Origin: Candidatus Latescibacterota bacterium
Lineage (GTDB): Bacteria > Krumholzibacteriota > Krumholzibacteriia > WVZY01
DNA length: 64,000 bases
Reading direction: 5' to 3'
Assembly (NCBI GenBank): GCA_963791045.1
Contig: CAWBQK010000006.1
Coordinates: 1-64,000, forward strand
The notes under the pieces are model-generated. The model saw only the letters and a program-made list of their open reading frames with translations. It ran no database searches and was not told the origin of the DNA. Numbering within the stretch: the first letter of the stretch is position 1; every line of letters starts with the position of its first letter. The translations under genes and the position numbers were made by a program. This document shows positions 56,705 through 64,000 of the stretch, one piece after another.

Positions 56705-57949
56705 ATGGCTGCCAAGAAAATCACCGGATATGACATAAATAAGATCAGAGAGGATTTTCCTGTATTAACACGAGAAGTGTATCCAGGGATTCCCCTTACT
56801 TATCTTGACTCTGCAGCAACCAGCCAAAAACCTAGTTCAGTCATCAATGCCATGAGTGCATATTATCAGGATACCAACGCAAATATTCATCGTGGTGTCC
56901 ATAAACTGGCTGAGGAAGCTACATTTGCATATGAATCCGCCCGTGAGCGGATTGCGGCTTTTATCAATGCTCCATCTTCAGAAGAACTGATATTCACCAG
57001 AAACACAACTGAATCAATCAACCTTGTGGCATTTACCTGGGGTAGAACTTTCCTAAAGGCTGGGGACCTGATCCTGCTGACCGAAATGGAGCATCATTCT
57101 AACCTCGTTCCCTGGCAGATGCTGGCAAGTGAACTCGATCTTGAGCTGGACTTCATTCCTGTGACTCCTGATGGCCTGCTTGACCTGGATATCTACCAGC
57201 AGCAATTAAAGAGAGAACCAAAACTTCTTGGTATTACGCATATGTCCAATGTGCTGGGGACAGTTAATCCACTGCAAGAGATCCTACAAGATGCTAAATC
57301 TGCTGGCGCTGTGACATTGGTTGATGGGGCCCAGTCTGTACCTCATTTCCGGGTTGATCTTTCTAGTTTGCCTGTTGATTTCTATGCATTTTCAGCCCAT
57401 AAGATGTGTGGACCAACGGCAATAGGCGCTTTATTCGGAAGGAAAGAGCTGCTAGAAAATATGCCGCCCTTCCTGGGTGGTGGAGAGATGATCAAACGCG
57501 TTGAGCTCCGATCCTTTAAAACCAATGATTTGCCACATAAATTTGAAGCGGGAACACCTGCGATTGCTGAAGCTATTGGTTTTGGTGCATCTGTTGATTA
57601 CCTGCAAGATATTGGTATGGATCAAATAGAGAGACATGAACGAAGTTTAACGGGCTATGCGATTGAAAAACTATCCCAGGTGCCTGATTTGCATATTCTT
57701 GGCCCTGATATCGAAGAGAAAGGGGGAGTGGTTGCTTTTTATATCAAAGGTATCCATGCCCATGATGTAGCACAGATCCTGGACAGTAGAGGAATTGCAA
57801 TTCGGGCAGGACATCATTGCGCCCAACCATTGCATCTGAAGTTCAATTTACCAGCAACCTCCCGGGCCAGCTTCTATTTGTATAATACAAGAGAAGAAGT
57901 GGACCACCTGGTGGATGGGGTTCATCGAGTGAAAGAAATATTTGCCTGA
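56705..57949 (+). CDS. sufS: Cysteine desulfurase SufS
   Basis: YLDSAATSQKP, MEHHSN, FSAHKM, RAGHHCAQP. Confidence 0.96.
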   Translation: MAAKKITGYDINKIREDFPVLTREVYPGIPLTYLDSAATSQKPSSVINAMSAYYQDTNANIHRGVHKLAEEATFAYESARERIAAFINAPSSEELIFTRNTTESINLVAFTWGRTFLKAGDLILLTEMEHHSNLVPWQMLASELDLELDFIPVTPDGLLDLDIYQQQLKREPKLLGITHMSNVLGTVNPLQEILQDAKSAGAVTLVDGAQSVPHFRVDLSSLPVDFYAFSAHKMCGPTAIGALFGRKELLENMPPFLGGGEMIKRVELRSFKTNDLPHKFEAGTPAIAEAIGFGASVDYLQDIGMDQIERHERSLTGYAIEKLSQVPDLHILGPDIEEKGGVVAFYIKGIHAHDVAQILDSRGIAIRAGHHCAQPLHLKFNLPATSRASFYLYNTREEVDHLVDGVHRVKEIFA

Positions 57950-57969
57950 TTAATGATTGGGAAGGATTT

Positions 57970-58359
57970 ATGGAAGACTTTTACAGGGAATTAATAATCG
58001 AGCGCTACAAAAATCCTCACTTTCGTGGTGTCCTGGATCCCAATGATATATCCTATGAAGATGATAACCCGTCCTGTGGGGATCATATTCAGATTGATGT
58101 TCGCCTGGACGAGAATGGACTTGTCACGGAAGCTCTCTTCAGTGGCGAAGGATGTGCAATTTCTCAAGCTTCTGCTGACTTGCTTCTTGAGTCTATCATT
58201 GGTAAAAGTGCCGATGAGATCAGAGAATTATCAAAAGAGGATATTCTGGAAAATTTGGGCATCGAACTTGGCCCCGTACGCCTCAAATGTGCTTTGCTGC
58301 CATTGAAAGTGCTCAAGGCTGGGATTTACGGAATAAATAAAACAGAAGAATCTGATTGA
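57970..58359 (+). CDS. sufU: SufU/IscU-type protein
   Basis: NPSCGD, GCAISQAS, RLKCA. Confidence 0.92.
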   Translation: MEDFYRELIIERYKNPHFRGVLDPNDISYEDDNPSCGDHIQIDVRLDENGLVTEALFSGEGCAISQASADLLLESIIGKSADEIRELSKEDILENLGIELGPVRLKCALLPLKVLKAGIYGINKTEESD

Positions 58360-58376
58360 TCAAAAGCTGATTATTG

Positions 58377-58418
58377 AAAAGCGAAACTTCATATTTGGAA
58401 TGAGGTTTCGCTTTTTTT
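58377..58418 (+). terminator. Intrinsic terminator
   Basis: AAAAGCGAAACTTCAT...ATGAGGTTTCGC-T7. Confidence 0.85.
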
Positions 58419-58558
58419 ATTTGAAATTCCTTTACTGTTTTGTTAGATGGATTCCCAGGATGCCGGGATAGTTTACAATCGAGAATGTGTTTCCTGTTTG
58501 GTCAAGGGCAAAAAAGGCAATAAGGTATAATCAGGAAGGATTTTAAGGAGCTTGGAAA

Positions 58559-60300
58559 ATGCCGTTTATCATAGGTGAGAATGTTGGTCCCTATCGCTTG
58601 ATAGAGAAACTTGGCAAGGGAGGAATGGCAACCGTGTTTAAGGCCTACCATCCAAGCCTGGATAGGTATGTTGCCATAAAAGCTCTCCATCCTGCATTTA
58701 TGGAGCACCCAGGATTTTTAGATCGCTTTGAAAGAGAAGCCAAAGTTGTTGCAAAATTGGAACACCCAAATATTGTTCCTATTTACGACTTTTCTGAACA
58801 TGAAGATCGTCCTTACCTGGTTCTAAAATACGTTCAAGGCGAAACCTTAAAAGCCCGCCTGGAAAAATCCAAACTTACTTACAAAGAATCCCGTCATATT
58901 TTCCGGGTGATCTCATCTGCTCTGGCATATGCCCACCAGGAAGGTGTACTCCACAGGGATGTTAAACCATCCAATGTGCTGCTGGACAAGACCGGTGGCG
59001 TCTATCTAGCGGATTTCGGGTTGGCAAGGATCGCGGAAACAAGCCAAACGACATTATCTGGCCAGATGATGATGGGAACCCCACATTACATTTCACCTGA
59101 ACAAGCTAAAGGTTTAGGGAACCTGGATAGCGGAACGGATATTTACTCTCTGGGTGTGATGATGTATGAGCTTTTAGTGGGAGAGGTTCCCTTCCAGGCA
59201 GACACACCTTTTTCAGTGATCCACGATCATATTTACAGCCCGCTACCCTTACCACGGGATATGAACCCGGATCTGAATGAGGAAATTGAGCGAGCGATAT
59301 TAAAAGCTCTGGCAAAGAAACGTGAGGACAGGTATGCCTCAGTGTCTGAGATGATGGCAGCCTTCTTAAAAGCTTTTGATCTCCTTATTAAGGATCATCC
59401 ATCCGAAGGTGAAGCGCCAACCCTTGCTCTGCATGAAGATGCCCGGAAAAAGACCCTTGAGCGCATCCAGGCAGAAAAGGAATTTACCGAAACTAAGGTC
59501 ATCGAAAAAGATAAAAAAGGGGATAAAGAGAGGAAAAAAAGCATTCCCGGATGGGTTTGGTGGATGGCTTCGCCTGCCCTTGTTTTGTTTTGTCTGGTGT
59601 TCAGTATTTACCAGAATGCTCTTGAAGTCCCGGGTCCGGATTTGATCACCTCAGAAACATTGACCCAGGAAGCAAACTTCCAATTAGCTCCAGAATTGAA
59701 TGAGATCAAAATCTTGAACGAGCAAATCAGGGAAAACCCGCAGGATCCCTTCCTGCGATACACCCTGGGAGTGGCCTATCTTGAGGCTGATCGTCCTCAA
59801 CTGGCTCGAGAAACGTTCCAGAAGGCATACCAATTAGCAGAGGATAATCCTCAAATCATCCTGGATTTGGGTGAAGGGCTGACGGATATCAATATCTGGA
59901 CCTATGCTGCATATAGTTTCTTAAAAGTAGAACAGCTTGGTTCACCAATCCCTGAGCAAGAACTGACCGATAAAATAAGCGAGGCAGTCTTCCAGGCGGC
60001 CTTCGAGGATTTTTCATTGGAAGTTCTTTCCGATATTCAAGATGTTGAATTAGACTCATATTTGCTCCATTTATTGGAAGCCCGGAAAGCTTTATTAATG
60101 GAAGAGTTGATGTAGCTGAACGTTTGGTTGATCAAGTAATGGCAGAGCGACCGGATATGCTGGAAGCTTACTTGCTAAAATCAGATATCATGTTTGCCCA
60201 GGAACGATTTGAAGAGGCCCGGGATTTACTCCTGGAATTGGAACAATACGAAAATTTACCAGTCTGGATTCAAGAAGAATTAAGATTACAACCAGAATAG
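58559..60300 (+). CDS. Membrane Ser/Thr protein kinase with C-terminal TPRs (frameshift near 60110)
   Basis: LGKGGMATV, HRDVKPSN, DFG, GTPHYISPE, a TM segment and TPR helices. Confidence 0.92.
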
Positions 60301-60320
60301 AATAGCTTTATGGAGGATTA

Positions 60321-61076
60321 ATGCGGAGAGCCTGTGTTGCGGGAAATTGGAAAATGAATAAATCAGTCCAGGATTCTATATCGCTGGTGAAGGAACTTAT
60401 GTCGGGATTAGATAGTATCGAAAACGTTGACAGTATCATTTGCCCACCTTTCATTGCGCTGGCTACAGTTTCTGATCTAGTTAAGAAATCAAAGATAGCC
60501 CTTGGTGCTCAGAATCATTATTGGGAAGAAAAAGGTGCTTTTACTGGAGAGGTTTCATCGGGAATGGTTGCTGAAATCGCAGAATATGTCATCCTGGGTC
60601 ACTCAGAACGCAGAGCTTATTTCCAGGACACGGATGAGGCTGTGAATAAGAAAGTCTTGGCTGCTTTGAAAGTAGGATTAAAACCAATTCTCTGTGTAGG
60701 TGAAACCCTCGATGAGAATGAAAGCGGAAAAACAGGCGAAGTCGTAAAACGCCAATTAACGAATGCTTTGACGAACGTCAGTATTGAGGATTTTGGAAAT
60801 ATTATGATTGCCTATGAACCTGTCTGGGCTATAGGCACTGGCAAAGCTGCGACTGCTGAGGGTGCTAATCAGGTCATTAAGGAATTTATCAGGGATGAGG
60901 TGTCTTCTCTTTATTCGCCCGAAGCTGCCGACAAAGTCCGTATTCTGTATGGTGGATCAGTAAAGCCTGAAAATGCTAAAGAATACTTCCAGCAGCCAGA
61001 TATTGATGGCGCGCTGGTAGGTGGAGCCAGCCTGAAGGCAGATGCCTTTATTGAGATCACCCGGGCAGCAGCTTAG
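60321..61076 (+). CDS. tpiA: Triosephosphate isomerase
   Basis: AGNWKMN, GHSERR, AYEPVWAIGTG, YGGSV. Confidence 0.98.
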   Translation: MRRACVAGNWKMNKSVQDSISLVKELMSGLDSIENVDSIICPPFIALATVSDLVKKSKIALGAQNHYWEEKGAFTGEVSSGMVAEIAEYVILGHSERRAYFQDTDEAVNKKVLAALKVGLKPILCVGETLDENESGKTGEVVKRQLTNALTNVSIEDFGNIMIAYEPVWAIGTGKAATAEGANQVIKEFIRDEVSSLYSPEAADKVRILYGGSVKPENAKEYFQQPDIDGALVGGASLKADAFIEITRAAA

Positions 61077-61091
61077 TATCAAATCTTAAAT

Positions 61092-61126
61092 AAAAGAGGC
61101 TTCGATTATCGAAGCCTCTTCTTTTT
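61092..61126. terminator. Bidirectional terminator
   Basis: AAGAGGCTTCG-ATTAT-CGAAGCCTCTT between convergent genes. Confidence 0.8.
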
Positions 61127-61137
61127 AATGAGCAGGT

Positions 61138-61766
<629 letters not shown>

Positions 61767-61898
61767 GGCTCGCTCCCATAGATCTGAATTCGTATTCCAG
61801 AATTTTTTCAATTTTGTTATGATGCTGATTATATCCTGATGGTGTCTATTTGTCCCACATTCCTACGCATTTAGGTCTACTTCGGTATAATCTTAGGC

Positions 61899-62924
61899 AT
61901 GGATGACAAACAACCAGACCGCCTGGTGGATTCTGATCCGAAACCGGGCGATCATCTTGATTATGCCCTTCGTCCCCAATCTTTCGATGGTATGATCGGG
62001 CAGGATACGATCCGGGAAAATCTTGAGATATTGATCTCTGCTGCACAACACCGGGAAGAAGCCCTGGACCATGTGCTTTTTTATGGTCCCCCTGGTTTGG
62101 GAAAAACCACCCTGGCTCACATCCTGGCAAATGAGATGGGTGTAAATATTAAGATCACTTCTGGTCCAGCAGTGGAGAGAGCAGGGGATCTGGCGGCTAT
62201 CTTGACAAATCTTAATGAAGGGGATATTCTGTTTATTGATGAGATCCACAGACTGGGCAGGGCGGTTGAAGAAGTCCTTTATCCGGCAATGGAAGATTAT
62301 TCCCTGGATATTATCATTGGAAAAGGTCCTTCTGCCCGATCTGTCCGGTTAAATCTGCCGCGGTTTACGATCGTGGGGGCAACAACCCGCCTGGCGCTGG
62401 TCACAGCTCCATTACGGGCTCGATTCGGAGCAGTATACCGCCTGGATTATTACACAAACGATGCCGTCAAGAAGATCATCCAGCAAGCTGCAGAACAGCT
62501 TGAGGTGCCATCTGAGTCTGAGGGAATCAATGAGATCGCTTCCCGGTCTCGGGGGACACCCCGGGTTGCTCTGCGATTTCTCCGCCGCGTGCGGGATTTT
62601 GCCCAGGTGAGAGGAGAGGGAATGATCACCTCCTCAATTTCCAGGCAGGCGCTGGATTTATTGAAAATTGATGATAAAGGTTTGGACTCCATGGATCGGC
62701 GTGTGCTCCAGGCGATTGTAGTGAAATACCAGGGCGGACCAGTCGGATTAAAAACGATAGCAGCCTCGATTCGGGAAGATCCAGATACGATAATGGATGT
62801 GGTTGAGCCTTATTTACTCCAGTTGGGATTTATGCAGCGAACCTCCCAAGGCAGGGTGGCTACTCAGCAGGCATATATCCATTTGGGGTTGGAACCTCCT
62901 CCAGACGCAGTCAGCCCAGATTGA
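61899..62924 (+). CDS. ruvB: Holliday junction helicase RuvB
   Basis: [32 protein letters not shown]. Confidence 0.97.
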   Translation: MDDKQPDRLVDSDPKPGDHLDYALRPQSFDGMIGQDTIRENLEILISAAQHREEALDHVLFYGPPGLGKTTLAHILANEMGVNIKITSGPAVERAGDLAAILTNLNEGDILFIDEIHRLGRAVEEVLYPAMEDYSLDIIIGKGPSARSVRLNLPRFTIVGATTRLALVTAPLRARFGAVYRLDYYTNDAVKKIIQQAAEQLEVPSESEGINEIASRSRGTPRVALRFLRRVRDFAQVRGEGMITSSISRQALDLLKIDDKGLDSMDRRVLQAIVVKYQGGPVGLKTIAASIREDPDTIMDVVEPYLLQLGFMQRTSQGRVATQQAYIHLGLEPPPDAVSPD

Positions 62925-62940
62925 TCAATTGAGGAAAGAT

Positions 62941-63174
62941 ATGGATCTGATGTCATTGCCCGGATCGTGGCTGTTTTTGCTGTTGATTCTTCTTGTTGTT
63001 GCTGGTCTTTTATTTTTGGCTGTAAAATTCAATATCTCACTGGGAAACTTACCAGGCGATTTTGTGTATAAGCGTGGAAATTTGACCTGTGTGATTCCAT
63101 TAGTCTCTTCACTTCTGATCTCGGTTGTGATCACGATCATTCTCAATATCCTATTATCCTGGATAAAAAAATAA
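62941..63174 (+). CDS. DUF2905 family membrane protein
   Basis: LGNLPGD...PLVSSLLIS; ruvB-DUF2905-queA context. Confidence 0.85.
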   Translation: MDLMSLPGSWLFLLLILLVVAGLLFLAVKFNISLGNLPGDFVYKRGNLTCVIPLVSSLLISVVITIILNILLSWIKK

Positions 63175-63183
63175 AGAAGTGAT

Positions 63184-64000
63184 ATGTTGAAAACATCTGA
63201 TTTTTCTTATGATTTACCGAAAGAATATATTGCCCAGCATCCCGTTTATCCCCGGGATTCTTCCAGGTTGCTGGTCTATAACCGGGAACAGGAGACGGTT
63301 GCTCACTATCGTTTTCACCAACTTGTAGATCTGCTGCGGGAAAATGATCTCCTTGTGATCAATCAAACCCGGGTGATCCAGGCTCGCTTATTTGGCAAAA
63401 AAATACCAACTGGAGGAAAAGCAGAGCTTCTGCTTCTGCGGGCGTTAAAGAAGGATGTATGGGAAGCATTGGTTGGTGGTAAAGGGATCAGGCCAGGTAT
63501 TACAGATTCAGATTGATAATGGTCCGGAGGTTCATGTTGAGGAAGACCTGGGAGGATCTTTAAGGAAGATCAGATTCCTTGATCCGATCGAGCCAATACT
63601 TGATCTGATCGGGCACGTACCTCTGCCTCCCTATATCCATGAACATCTTGATCAACCCGAGCGCTATCAGACAGTATATGCCAGGGAATCCGGTTCAGCA
63701 GCAGCTCCAACAGCTGGCTTACACTTTACACCAACTCTAATTGAAAGCATCCAACAAAAAGGGATCCAGCTTGCAAAAGTCACATTGCATATCGGCCTGG
63801 ATACCTTTGCCCCTGTGCATGAAGATGACCCCAAGGATCACAAGATACATCAGGAATGGTGTCATGTTTCAGAAGAGACCGCCGCCCAGATCAATCAAAC
63901 GAGAAAATCCGGGGGAAGGATCATCGCTGTGGGGACAACATCGGTAAGGACATTGGAAACAGCTGCCAGGAATAGTGATTTGGGGGTTGGCATTGCTCCT
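63184..64000 (+). CDS. queA: tRNA preQ1 S-adenosylmethionine ribosyltransferase-isomerase, partial and frameshifted
   Basis: FSYDLP..IAQHP..RDSSRLL, PLPPYI, YQTVYA, AAPTAGLHF, AVGTT.VR.LE. Confidence 0.95.

Overview
The window joins two unrelated sequences at ~6643. Bases 1-6642 are very GC-rich and actinobacterial in style (alpha/beta hydrolase, HNH nuclease, lipoprotein, D-Thr-aldolase-like enzyme, class V aminotransferase, and a truncated MprF/LPG-synthase-like membrane protein). Bases 6643-64000 are moderate-GC chromosome that looks like Chloroflexota/Anaerolineae; both taxonomic calls are inferred from gene content and style. The junction cuts both a CDS and a tmRNA gene, so it is most likely an assembly or read chimera. 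The long segment is mostly housekeeping: zwf, guaA, xpt, aspS with 6S RNA, a sigma70, thiolase/DUF35, nusB, rpmF, prfB, ftsY, rnc, smc, an ABC transporter, rph, rpsF-ssb-rpsR, the suf operon, tpiA, upp, ruvB and queA. Frameshifts are dense up to ~37 kb and look like sequencing indels. The standout is a GC-richer cassette at 25584-29273 (minus strand). A consensus sigma70 promoter with a Gram-positive/Chloroflexi-type LexA box (TAGAAC-ATTT-GTTCTA) precedes a LuxR-HTH regulator, a Walker-less RecA/RadA-like protein ending in a beta-clamp-like motif (QLTLL), a small helical PolB2-partner-like protein, and an archaeal-type PolB2 (Dpo2-like) polymerase. This is a candidate SOS-controlled PolB2 mutasome in a bacterium. 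Also notable: a leaderless-uORF attenuator ahead of a fused BMP/amino-acid binding protein, an orphan roadblock + V4R-like pair, and a DUF35 protein whose zinc-ribbon cysteines are replaced by DxxS.
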